Program-made: the position numbers and the translations under genes | Shown: positions 19,695 to 28,547 of the stretch, piece by piece | How the letters are laid out: each line of letters opens with the position of its first letter | Numbering within the stretch: position 1 is the first letter of the stretch | DNA from: an uncultured Candidatus Altimarinota bacterium | GTDB lineage: Bacteria > Patescibacteriota > Gracilibacteria > BD1-5 > UBA2023 | Assembly (NCBI GenBank): GCA_938036655.1 | Contig: CALHQS010000038.1 | Span: 1,024 to 65,023, forward strand | Reading direction: 5' to 3' | DNA: 64,000 bases | The notes under the pieces: generated by a model | Database searches by the model: none | What the model saw: the letters and a program-made list of their open reading frames with translations, nothing else | Told to the model about the DNA's origin: nothing

Positions 19695-19750
19695 ACAGTG
19701 GCTTTAATAAAAGAAAAAACAGAATTTTGAAAAAATTTTATAAAAAAATT

Positions 19751-19778
19751 TTGACTTTTCAAGTATTTTTCATATTAT
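19751..19778 (+). promoter_or_regulatory. promoter TTGACT-16-TATTAT of the tRNA Thr-Tyr-Val operon
   Basis: Read directly. It lies about 20 nt upstream of the first tRNA. Confidence 0.55.
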
Positions 19779-19798
19779 CTCTTGCGTCTATATGACAT

Positions 19799-19874
19799 GC
19801 CACCTTAGCTCAGTTGGTAGAGCATCGGTTTTGTAAACCGGCGGTCATCAGTTCAAGTCTGATAGGTGGCTCCA
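19799..19874 (+). tRNA. tRNA-Thr (anticodon UGU), CCA encoded
   Basis: Acceptor GCCACCT/AGGTGGC, anticodon stem TCGGT/ACCGG with loop TTTGTAA, T loop TTCAAGT. Confidence 0.9.
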
Positions 19875-19966
19875 CTTATTTGGGTTTTAGAAGTTTGGAA
19901 TATTAGATTGAAAAATCTTAAATCTAAAATTCGAAAAGTCTAAAACTTTTTTCTTTTCATTTTCCT

Positions 19967-20051
19967 GGGTCGGTTCCAGAGCGGTCAAATGGGGAGGACT
20001 GTAAATCCTTTGGCTTCGCCTTCGGGGGTTCGAATCCCTCCCGGCCCACCA
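19967..20051 (+). tRNA. tRNA-Tyr (anticodon GUA), long variable arm, CCA encoded
   Basis: It aligns by eye to bacterial tRNA-Tyr: GGGTCGG..CCAGAGCGGTCAAAT..loop CTGTAAA..variable arm TTGGCTTCGCCTTC..GGGGGTTCGAATCCCTC. Confidence 0.9.
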
Positions 20052-20064
20052 CTTTTACATCTAT

Positions 20065-20141
20065 GGGTGATTAGCTCAGTTGGCGAGAGCATCTGCCTTA
20101 CAAGCAGGGGGTCGGGGGTTCGAATCCCTCATCACCCACCA
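20065..20141 (+). tRNA. tRNA-Val (anticodon UAC), CCA encoded
   Basis: Acceptor GGGTGAT/ATCACCC, anticodon stem TCTGC/GCAGG with loop CTTACAA. Confidence 0.9.
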
Positions 20142-20145
20142 TATT

Positions 20146-20170
20146 GGTAACCTTTTGGGTTATTTTTTGT
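20146..20170 (+). terminator. terminator after tRNA-Val
   Basis: TAACC-TTTTG-GGTTA followed by TTTTTTGTTT. Confidence 0.55.
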
Positions 20171-20189
20171 TTAAAGGCATCAAAAAAAT

Positions 20190-20217
20190 TTGCTTTTGAT
20201 GAAAAAATTTATATAAT
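20190..20217 (+). promoter_or_regulatory. promoter TTGCTT-16-TATAAT of the tRNA Arg-Leu operon
   Basis: Read directly. It lies about 27 nt upstream of tRNA-Arg. Confidence 0.55.
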
Positions 20218-20244
20218 CGGCTCGGTTTTGAATTTTCAAAATTT

Positions 20245-20320
20245 GCACCCATAGCTCAATTGGAAGAGTATCGGTCTTCGAAACCGGCGGTTGTAGGTTC
20301 GAACCCTACTGGGTGCACCA
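20245..20320 (+). tRNA. tRNA-Arg (anticodon UCG), CCA encoded
   Basis: Acceptor GCACCCA/TGGGTGC, anticodon stem TCGGT/ACCGG with loop CTTCGAA (positions 34-36 = TCG). Confidence 0.85.
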
Positions 20321-20329
20321 CAGATATTT

Positions 20330-20413
20330 GCTCGGGTGGTGGAATGGTAGACACGTACGCTTGAGGTGCGTATGCCTAACGGTGTGGGGGTTCAAGTCCC
20401 CCCTCGAGCACCA
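20330..20413 (+). tRNA. tRNA-Leu (anticodon GAG), long variable arm, CCA encoded
   Basis: It aligns by eye to bacterial tRNA-Leu: GCTCGGGTGGTGGAATGGTAGACAC, anticodon stem TACGC/GCGTA with loop TTGAGGT, and T arm GGGGGTTCAAGTCCCCC. Confidence 0.85.
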
Positions 20414-20518
20414 ATTTGAACCAAAATTTTGGTTTCCTATTTCGCCAAATTAAAAAATAGGAGGAGGCTTTCGTACCTATCTTGAGCGATTGCATTTTAC
20501 TCTTTTATCCATTATTGT

Positions 20519-20773
20519 ATGAAAAAAGGAATTCATCCTGAATCTCGCGAAATTCTTTTCGTGGATCGAAGTGCGAATTTTGTTTTGAAAACTCGCTCAA
20601 CTCTTCAACCAAAAGATACTTACGAATACGAAGGGAAAGAATATCCTGTAATGTTTGTGGAAACTTCTTCAGCTTCTCATCCATTCTACACAGGACAGAA
20701 AGTTCTTTTGAAAACTTCATCTATCGACAAGTTCTACGCTCGTCAGAAAAAAACTGAAAATCTCTCAAAATAA
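20519..20773 (+). CDS. rpmE: 50S ribosomal protein L31, Cys-less type B
   Basis: MKKGIHPE...SSASHPFYTGQ. The CxxC zinc motif is absent. Confidence 0.9.
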   Translation: MKKGIHPESREILFVDRSANFVLKTRSTLQPKDTYEYEGKEYPVMFVETSSASHPFYTGQKVLLKTSSIDKFYARQKKTENLSK

Positions 20774-20790
20774 TTTGAGAGATTTTTTCG
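20761..20790 (+). terminator. terminator overlapping the rpmE stop
   Basis: TCTCTCAAA-ATAA-TTTGAGAGA followed by TTTTTTCG. Confidence 0.65.
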
Positions 20791-20910
20791 GTGAAATTTT
20801 AAAAAATTCTGCTCTCATTTTTCTTGGGAAACTCATAAAAAAGTAGATTTTTCTTTTGCATTTTTTGGATTTTTCCTATAATAGAGCGTACTCTTAACTT
20901 TATTTATTGT

Positions 20911-22218
20911 ATGTTAGCAAATGTGAAAAAAATCTGGGGAACAGCGCATATTCGAAAAAGTATAATTGTGACGCTTCTCTTGATTTTGGTCTACAAACTT
21001 TTGGCTTCAATTCCAGTGCCAGGAGTGAATACAGCACTGCTTGATCTGTATATTCAACAATTCCAATCGAATCAGCAACTTGCATTTTTTGGTGCGTTGA
21101 TGGGTGGTGGTTTGGAACAATATTCTATTATTTTGATGGGACTTGCGCCATATATCAACGCAACAATCGTCATTCAATTGCTTGGTGTTGTGATTCCATC
21201 GCTCGAATCTCTCAAAAAAGAAGGTGAACAAGGACAGAAAAAACTCAATAACTACGGACGATATTTGACAGTTCCACTCGCATTTGCGCAGAGTTATGGT
21301 ATGATTTTGCTTCTAAATACACTTTTCAATATTCAGATTATTGATACTTCCAACTTTATGGGAGCAGTGTTGCCAGCGATGATTACTATTACGGCTGGAA
21401 CAATGATTCTTCTTTGGCTTGGTGACTTGATTACAGAGAGTGGTATTGGTAATGGTACCTCGATCGTAATCTTTGCCGGTATCCTTGCGAATGTACCACA
21501 ATATTTTGTAAATTATATTTCCCAAGGGCTCTATATTCCACTAATTTCGCTCGTAGCACTGACAATTTTGGTGATTTATATTATTGTACGATTTACAGAA
21601 GGACATCGTCGCATTCCTCTCGTATATACTCGTACTGGTCGAGATGAGCGTTCATATTTCCCAATTCGTATCAACCAGGCAGGTATGGTACCTATCATCT
21701 TCGCAGCATCTTTGGTAACTTTCCCTTCTATTATTGGACAAGTTTTGGTACAGCGCGCTGGTGGTCAGGCTCGTGAAATTGGTGAATTTTTGGTAAGTCA
21801 TTTCAGTATGAATAACCCAAGTTGGTGGTTCATCGGAGTATATTTCCTTCTGATTATTGGGTTTTCATATTTTTATGTAGCGATTACATTCAACACAGAC
21901 GATGTTGCAGAAAATATTCAAAAACGCGGTGGATATATTCCAGGAATTCGACCAGGAAAAGAAACTTCTGAATATTTGACAAAAGTTTCTAATCGTCTTA
22001 ATCTTTTTGGTGGTGTATTCTTGGCGATTATTGCGGTTTTCCCGTATATTGTAACGAATCTCAATAATCAGTTTGGATTTTTCCCAGCACCGAATGGTGG
22101 TATGATTGACCTCGTGATTCCGGGGGCGAGCCTGATTATTGCGGTAGCGGTAATTCTCGAAATTATTCGTCGCATTGATACGGATCTCAAAAGTTTCAAT
22201 TATCGAAAATTTTATTAA
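20911..22218 (+). CDS. secY: preprotein translocase subunit SecY
   Basis: 435 aa with 10 TM helices. Typical motifs are PVPGVN and LGLAPYINATIVIQLL. There is no TGA. It is not attached to the ribosomal protein operon. Confidence 0.95.
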   Translation: MLANVKKIWGTAHIRKSIIVTLLLILVYKLLASIPVPGVNTALLDLYIQQFQSNQQLAFFGALMGGGLEQYSIILMGLAPYINATIVIQLLGVVIPSLESLKKEGEQGQKKLNNYGRYLTVPLAFAQSYGMILLLNTLFNIQIIDTSNFMGAVLPAMITITAGTMILLWLGDLITESGIGNGTSIVIFAGILANVPQYFVNYISQGLYIPLISLVALTILVIYIIVRFTEGHRRIPLVYTRTGRDERSYFPIRINQAGMVPIIFAASLVTFPSIIGQVLVQRAGGQAREIGEFLVSHFSMNNPSWWFIGVYFLLIIGFSYFYVAITFNTDDVAENIQKRGGYIPGIRPGKETSEYLTKVSNRLNLFGGVFLAIIAVFPYIVTNLNNQFGFFPAPNGGMIDLVIPGASLIIAVAVILEIIRRIDTDLKSFNYRKFY

Positions 22219-22248
22219 AATCTTCCTTTTTTGGAGGATTTTTTTGTG
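22218..22248 (+). terminator. terminator of secY
   Basis: ATCTTCC-TTTTTT-GGAGGAT (one G.U) followed by TTTTTTTG. Confidence 0.55.
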
Positions 22249-22314
22249 GAAAATTTTTCTGAAAATAAAATTCTTGACAAAAATGAAAAAACTCGAAAAA
22301 TAGAGATAAAATTT

Positions 22315-22343
22315 TTGCAAATTTGTAAATAATATGCTAAAAT
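22315..22343 (+). promoter_or_regulatory. promoter TTGCAA-17-TAAAAT of the giant ORFan operon
   Basis: Read directly. It lies 25 nt upstream of ATG 22369. Confidence 0.5.
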
Positions 22344-22368
22344 AACAAGGAATTTAATTTTTTTATAT

Positions 22369-24867
22369 ATGACAAGTTCTTATCAAATCAATTCTTTGCG
22401 CGATTTTTTTGAAAAAGGTGAAGAAATAACGAAAAAACCTTTGAGTGATTCGGTGATTACAGAATATGAAACACTGGTAAAATCGGCTGAAAATTTTATT
22501 AAAAACCTCGAAATAAATAGTCCAGAGCGACCTCAGGCAGAAAAAGCGCTTCAAACATTGCGTGAAAGTTTTGTAAAATTACAAGAAACAAGCAATGCTA
22601 ATAAACAAAAAATTCAGGAAGAACTTCGTACTGAGTGGGAAACATTGAGAAACTCTGTTGTTGAGATTACACCAACTCATTCATCTCAAAATGAGTGAAC
22701 ATCACAAGAAGAGGATTCTCAGGAAAAAAATTCTGAATCTCAAGAAGAATCTCAAGTAAAGCCTGCTGAATATAAACGAGAACCAATCACTGCAAAAGTA
22801 CAAGAAGAATTGAATGAATTCCAAAAGGAGGCATTCGAGGCTTTTAAAAAACAAACACTCGGTGAAAATGGAAAAATGGATGAACTTTCTTTCCGTCGCG
22901 GAATTGAATTTTTGTCGGAACTTTCTACTTTTTCAAACATTGAAGTGGAAAAAGGAAAATTTGACTGGTTGGACACAAAAGAAAAAGAAATGCTTCTCAA
23001 ACAAATGCCCGCTGTTCAGGGAATTATCGGTTCTATTTTTGTAGAACAATTTTTCCGTGCTGGATATGAATTTGGTTTCAATGCTGATAATACTGTGATT
23101 GTAAAACCAAAAAATGCTGGTCAACAAACAAAAGCTCGTGAACTAGAAACGCAGCTGAATAATCAAATTGCTCGCAATCCTCATTTTGCAAATTCGATTA
23201 AAGCCGGTCTTCTCTATAACAATCAAGATTTGCTCACATACTTGCGAATGAATGCTACTTCTGACGGAAAAGAAATTTCTGAAGATGCACAGAAACCAGA
23301 AAATTTTATAAAATTTTTGCAAGGGCGTAATACTGAGTCTGCCAAGGCTATTTTGGCGAGCCGAAATTTTTTCAAAGATTTGGATTGGGAAGGACATTTG
23401 CATGCTGCCAGTTATGTTCCAAGTTTTTCGAAAAAATTATCTGTGATAATGGATGATCCTGAAACTCAGCAGGCGATTGCTCGGAATTTTACTCAGAATC
23501 AGAGTGCTCCGAATCGTGCAACAGTGCTCTTTAATACAATGACTGCCCCAGATGATTCTCTCAATAAACCGCTGCCAACTTTGAAAGAAAATATTGATAA
23601 ACATGGATATGCTGGAGGAATGCTCACACATACAGGAATGCTTTGGGGTCGCGGATTTAAAACTTTATTTTCTTCGCCAGAAGCAGGAACTTTGACTATT
23701 GCGGCAATGATTATTTTACCATTTGTTGTTGGATTCAAAAATGCAATGGGAATTTTTGCGGGAACACCGTTGGCACTTGGGCTCATTGATAGTTTTACTA
23801 ACGATAAAAAGCCAGAGGAAGGATCACCAGAAGAAGAAAATGATCCGCCAACCACTTCTGCTGATCAAATGGGTATCAAGGATCTTGTTCCTGAGGAACG
23901 CAGAGCCCTCATTGAATCCACTTACCCAAAAGAAGAAGTTGAGCCAATGATTAAGGCTACGGCGGCTCTTCAGACTGAAAAAGTGGGATATCTTCGCGAT
24001 TATATCGGAGGAAATGCTGATGCAAAAATTTCTGATAATGCGAAGCAATCCCTTGAAACTGAAAATAATAAAGAATTAGCAAAAAAACATATTGAAACAC
24101 TTCGGAATAAGGAAATTGAGCTTGCAAAACAATCTGGTCAGTTGACTGAAGAAGGATTAAAAGTATATACACAACTACTTGACGATATGCGACTTTCGCA
24201 GCTGGAATGGTATTCTGTTAGTTCTATTGAAGAAAGAACCAAAACAATCAATGCATATATGCAGAAAAAAAGTGAACCAAATACCTCGAAAAATTCAGAT
24301 AGCTCAAATGATGCAAAAAAACAACAAAGCTCTTGATTGTCAGCATGGGAATATGGATTTTATGGTGCCATGACACTTATCGCAGTAAAGTTGATGGGCG
24401 GGGGACCACTCTTGAAAGGAGCATGGTGAGTAACGAAATGGGTTGTGGTAAAAGGAGGTTATGGTAAAGTCTTAAAACCAGCCGGTAAAGCAATTTTTGA
24501 TAAAGGAAAAACAGCTTTAGATAAGGTGACAGGGGGACGTAAACATATTATCACTTTGAAGACTGGAGAACAGGTAACACTTTCGCGTGCAGCATATCAG
24601 GACCATCAGGATCTAAAAAAAATGCTTCAAGGGGGGAAGATAGATGCTAATGATATACCAGAAATTAATAAAAAAATGGAAAATGTATTTAAAGAAGCTC
24701 TTCAAGACGCAAATTTTAAAAAGAAAGTTCTTGCAGAATACGGAACTTCTACTTTGGATGAGGCAAAATTTTTGGATGATATGAAGTATCAAACTTCAGC
24801 GAGAGGTCTAATGAAATCTCATAATATGTCAATGAGAAAGAGGATTCTTGAAATCCTACTTCACTAA
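22369..24867 (+). CDS. giant hypothetical membrane-associated protein A (832 aa, table 25)
   Basis: Track ORFs 22369-22698, 22810-24336 and 24445-24867 share one frame and are joined by 3 TGAs with no TAA or TAG between them. It has a coiled-coil N-terminus and hydrophobic segments (GTLTIAAMIILPFVVGF...GTPLALGLI; YGFYGAMTLIAVKLMGGG). A Gly/Lys-rich stretch and a C-terminal module of about 110 aa follow. I recognise no family. Confidence 0.7.
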
Positions 24868-24876
24868 TTATTATTT

Positions 24877-27051
24877 ATGTTTAAAAAACCAATAACATCT
24901 CGTGAATCTGATTCTAATAATACTTGGCAAGAATTACAAGATACTATTGGAGAAATTCGATATGAATGACTGGAAAGTACGGATTTTAGAAACTTTACTC
25001 GAGAAGAATCTATTCAAGAATTGAAGTCAATTATTTGGGAATTTTTTGAGATGACGAGTATTTTTAGACAAAACCCTGAAAAGTGAAAAAAAATTGCAGA
25101 AGATTTTTTCAACTATATTTTACAATTTCCATGATTTGATATTGATCAGATTCAATCAATTGGAATTAATCAGGCTCGAATGAAAATCGACCTGAAAGAT
25201 TCTACACAAATTGTGATTGACCTCGCGAATGCTTGGGATGAAATTGTAGTGACGCCAGAAAAACAAAAAATCCAGACTGATACTCGTGAACAAACACAAA
25301 AACTCAGAGAAACGGTAGATAAAGATTCATTTTTTGGTGGAAATATTATTTTTGAATATGGTGCAATAGGTGTTACGACCGGGCTCGCAACGAAAAAAAT
25401 TATTGATATCAGGAAAACAAATCAGGCAGCCAAAGAGTGATTATTTCAGTTGAATTCTTTGCTTGTGAAAATGGATGATGGAAAAACTATGCGCATTCAT
25501 TTGAGTGATGAACGGCCAATTATTGGAACCCACAAGGATTTTCAAGATTCAGTTGGTCGTATATTGGAGCGCGCCGAATTACAACTTGACCCTACAACTC
25601 GAAAAGTATTTTTCCCTGCAAAAAAAATGCTTCAAGCACTTGATGAAGACTTTTGAAATCTTACATATGAAAAGTACTTGAAAGAGAATGAAAATATTCA
25701 AGAAAAAATGACTCGTGAAGAATTTGAAAAATTTCGTCAGGAAAAAATCATCGAAAATCGTCAGATGATTCGTGATTTTGATGCAGGGAAAATTACATCT
25801 ACAAAAATCTTAAAATCTGTCGGTCATATTGCGATGCACGCAGCAATGCTCCCACTTTTTGCTGTACAGTATCACCGCCATCAAACAGCTGCCAATATGG
25901 TTGAGGCTGTTGGGGAAGAGGTGGCATTTGCTATCGGTGCCAAAGTAGTAGGAAAAGCTGCATCAAAGGCTCCTGGTGTATGGAAAGCTCCAGCAGTGAT
26001 TGTGGGAAGTCTTGCTGGAGGTATTGGTGCTGTGTGGGCTGGGCATACATTTTCTGAAAAAATGCTTGATGCAAAGCGTCATAAATGGCTCACATTTCAA
26101 AAATCAAATTATGAAAATAAACGCTCAAGACTTGGACATATTGTATTTGGGATGGGCGTAAATGAAGGACTTGGGTATCTCAATGATGGACTCAGATATA
26201 TTACAGAAGATTCAGAAATGGGTGGCTTGGATATAGGAATTGACAGAATGTCATTTAATAACCCGTTTACTGGAAAACATCTCTTTACCACTCCAGAGAT
26301 GTCTATTTTTCAAGATAAGGTCACCCTTGGTACTGAGCCTTGGACTTGGATGCAAACCGCAGCGAATCGCGATGTGAATCGTTGGAACGAGTATGTAGAA
26401 CGCTACAAAACACTTCTAAAAACTAATATTAATATTCTATTGGGTGAATATAATCGTGGCGAAGGAATTTTCTCGGATACGGACAAAATAAAAGAAAAGG
26501 GTAGCAAAGAAAAATTACTTGAATCAGAACTCTATGAAGTACTCAGAGGTGGCGAATCTGGTATATCTTTTGTGCGAGAAATGGCCACGCTGGTGAATGT
26601 GATTTTACAAGAAGTAAAAAACTGAACATCAGCCGGTAGTCGAGGAATTAATGATTACATTGACTTTACTGTGAATCAAATGAAAATTGATAGAGGATTA
26701 TATTTGTATCATCGAAAAATATCGCTCAATGAGGAATATGTGAGACTTATATCTTCTACTGAACGTTTCTCGAATCTGACACCAGAACTTACAGAATATA
26801 TCAAAAAAATCCCAGAACGAATTTATTTGCAGCAGGAAATTTACCAAAATAATACCGAAAAAAACATGTATGAATCTATGCTGAAAAATAAAAATACAAT
26901 AGAACGAACTGATGAAAATAGAAAAAAAATACAAGTAACTGTGGGAAATGAATTTGCGATTTGGCTTGACGAGATTGTCGCTTGGAATCAAGAAAAATAT
27001 TTTCTTGAGCAAATAGAGGCTGGCAATACGAAAGGTTTTGAATGGAAATAA
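24877..27051 (+). CDS. giant hypothetical protein B (724 aa, table 25)
   Basis: Five pieces in one frame (24877-25179 plus track ORFs 25180, 25450, 25678 and 26671) are joined by 6 TGAs. It starts 9 nt after A. It has a central hydrophobic, Gly/Ala-rich region (AFAIGAKVVGKAASKAPGVWKAPAVIVGSLAGGIGAVWAG). I recognise no family. Confidence 0.7.
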
Positions 27052-27067
27052 TTTTTAAAAATTTTTT

Positions 27068-27958
27068 ATGACAAATATTGAAAAAAAAGTGGAATTTAAA
27101 GATATTCCACAAAGCGTAAAAAACGCACTTCCTGACTCAAATGAATACCAAAAATTTGAAGCAGCTCGTAATAAACTCCAATCGCAGACTGATATTTTGC
27201 AAAAAAATACAGAAGATCGTCTGACTGCTCTCAAAAATGAATTGCCACCAGATATCCGAGCTAAAGTCGAAAATCTTTCCGATTTGGCTGATGCTGTTGA
27301 GGACAAAAACCTGTTTGAGCAAGCGAGGGATAAATACAATGAAGTCAAAGGTGATATAGCTGCTCTTCCTGGAAAAGCTCTAGACTCAGCGGAGGCTGTT
27401 TATGATCAAATTATTGGTTCGGATGTTACGATCAAGACTGATAAAGATTCATTTGCTGGACTCAAAACCGCTTTTGATACTTTCAAAGAAAAAGGTTTTA
27501 TCGAAGGAATGAAAGAAATCGGAAGTCAGCTCAAAGATTTTTTTGATAAAATTATTTCGATTTTTAAAGGTGGATTTGGTTGGGCGACTTTTGAAAAAAT
27601 TGGAGATTTATTTTCTGGAACAATTGATACTGGGAAAAAAATTTCTGATGTTATCAAGTGGGCGAAAGATACAATTGGTTTGTCATTTTCAGAGGGCGCA
27701 CCTTGGCGAGATGCGCTGGAAGACCGAAAACTGCTCGCGCTTCCGATTGAAAAAATTCGTGCTGGCATGTCGGTAGAAAATATTTCAAAAGAATTGGGAA
27801 TCAAACTTTCGAATAGCGATGCAAAAACATTTTTGGACAAATTTTTTAAGCCAGAAAATTTTGAAAAAATTATTGCTGAATATAAAACTAAAACCAATAC
27901 TTCCACAGTTGACGAAAAAATCGTGACGCTCAAAGATTTGGTTCTCAATCTCGGATAA
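27068..27958 (+). CDS. hypothetical protein C (296 aa)
   Basis: Intact ORF 16 nt after B. It is helical and charged, and I recognise no family. Confidence 0.6.
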   Translation: MTNIEKKVEFKDIPQSVKNALPDSNEYQKFEAARNKLQSQTDILQKNTEDRLTALKNELPPDIRAKVENLSDLADAVEDKNLFEQARDKYNEVKGDIAALPGKALDSAEAVYDQIIGSDVTIKTDKDSFAGLKTAFDTFKEKGFIEGMKEIGSQLKDFFDKIISIFKGGFGWATFEKIGDLFSGTIDTGKKISDVIKWAKDTIGLSFSEGAPWRDALEDRKLLALPIEKIRAGMSVENISKELGIKLSNSDAKTFLDKFFKPENFEKIIAEYKTKTNTSTVDEKIVTLKDLVLNLG

Positions 27959-27964
27959 AAATGA

Positions 27965-27996
27965 ATATCTCTGGAAATTTCCAGAGATATTTTTAT
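27965..27996 (+). terminator. terminator of the A-B-C operon
   Basis: Perfect 26-nt palindrome ATATCTCTGGAAA/TTTCCAGAGATAT followed by TTTTATTT. Confidence 0.75.
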
Positions 27997-28024
27997 TTGC
28001 AAAAAAAATTTTTTCCGTTACAAT
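27997..28024 (+). promoter_or_regulatory. promoter TTGCAA-16-TACAAT of ssb
   Basis: Read directly. It lies 26 nt upstream of the ATG. Confidence 0.5.
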
Positions 28025-28050
28025 GACGGCATATTTTAACTTTCAAAAAT

Positions 28051-28506
28051 ATGGCTAATTCACTCAATAAAGTACAATTGATCGGAAATCTTACGGCTGA
28101 TCCGGAAGTTCGCGAAACTCCAAATGGACAAAAAGTTGCGACTTTTTCTGTAGCGACGAATCGTCGTTGGAAAGATGCGTCTGGAATGACTCAGGAACAA
28201 GTGGAATATCACAGCGTAACAGCTTGGCGTTGGCTTGCGGATATCGCGGAACAATACATGAATAAAGGAAAAAAAGTGTATGTGGAAGGATATTTGCAGA
28301 CTCGTAGTTGGGATGATGCAACGACTGGTCAGAAGCGCTACAAGACAGAGATCGTTGCTGATAATATTATCCTTCTTTCATCGTCGGGTGGAGCTTCTGC
28401 TGGTGGTGATATGGGTGGATTCTCAGCTGCGGCTGGAGATGATCAACCTACTCGCGCCAAAGCAAAAGTGGAAGAAGATATTTCTATCGAAGACATTCCA
28501 TTTTAA
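28051..28506 (+). CDS. ssb: single-stranded DNA-binding protein
   Basis: It has an OB fold (LNKVQLIGNLTADPEVRETPNGQKVATFSVATNRRW...), a Gly-rich linker and an acidic tail ending DIPF. Confidence 0.95.
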   Translation: MANSLNKVQLIGNLTADPEVRETPNGQKVATFSVATNRRWKDASGMTQEQVEYHSVTAWRWLADIAEQYMNKGKKVYVEGYLQTRSWDDATTGQKRYKTEIVADNIILLSSSGGASAGGDMGGFSAAAGDDQPTRAKAKVEEDISIEDIPF

Positions 28507-28523
28507 AATATATATTTCAAAAT

Positions 28524-28547
28524 AAAAAATCCCAATTGGGATTTTTT
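28524..28547. terminator. bidirectional terminator between ssb and gene D
   Basis: AAAAAATCCCAATTGGGATTTTTT. The TAA stop of D (28546-28548) abuts it. Confidence 0.75.

Noticed and set aside
20245-20320. That this tRNA might be the UGA-decoding suppressor-like tRNA (anticodon UCA) required by code 25.
   Set aside because: Positions 34-36 read TCG in an unambiguous 7-nt loop (CTTCGAA), so it is tRNA-Arg(UCG).
20418-20436. The GAACCAAAATTTTGGTTTC palindrome after tRNA-Leu as a terminator feature.
   Set aside because: It is a perfect hairpin but is not followed by a T-run (CTATTTCGCC). It may be a processing or weak termination site, and the evidence is too weak to list as a feature.
24451-24463. 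An AAAGGAGG motif followed by ATG inside gene A, as an internal SD and start for a separate C-terminal protein.
   Set aside because: The ATG is out of frame and opens only a 5-codon ORF. The surrounding frame is continuous with gene A, and SD motifs are not used elsewhere in this genome.
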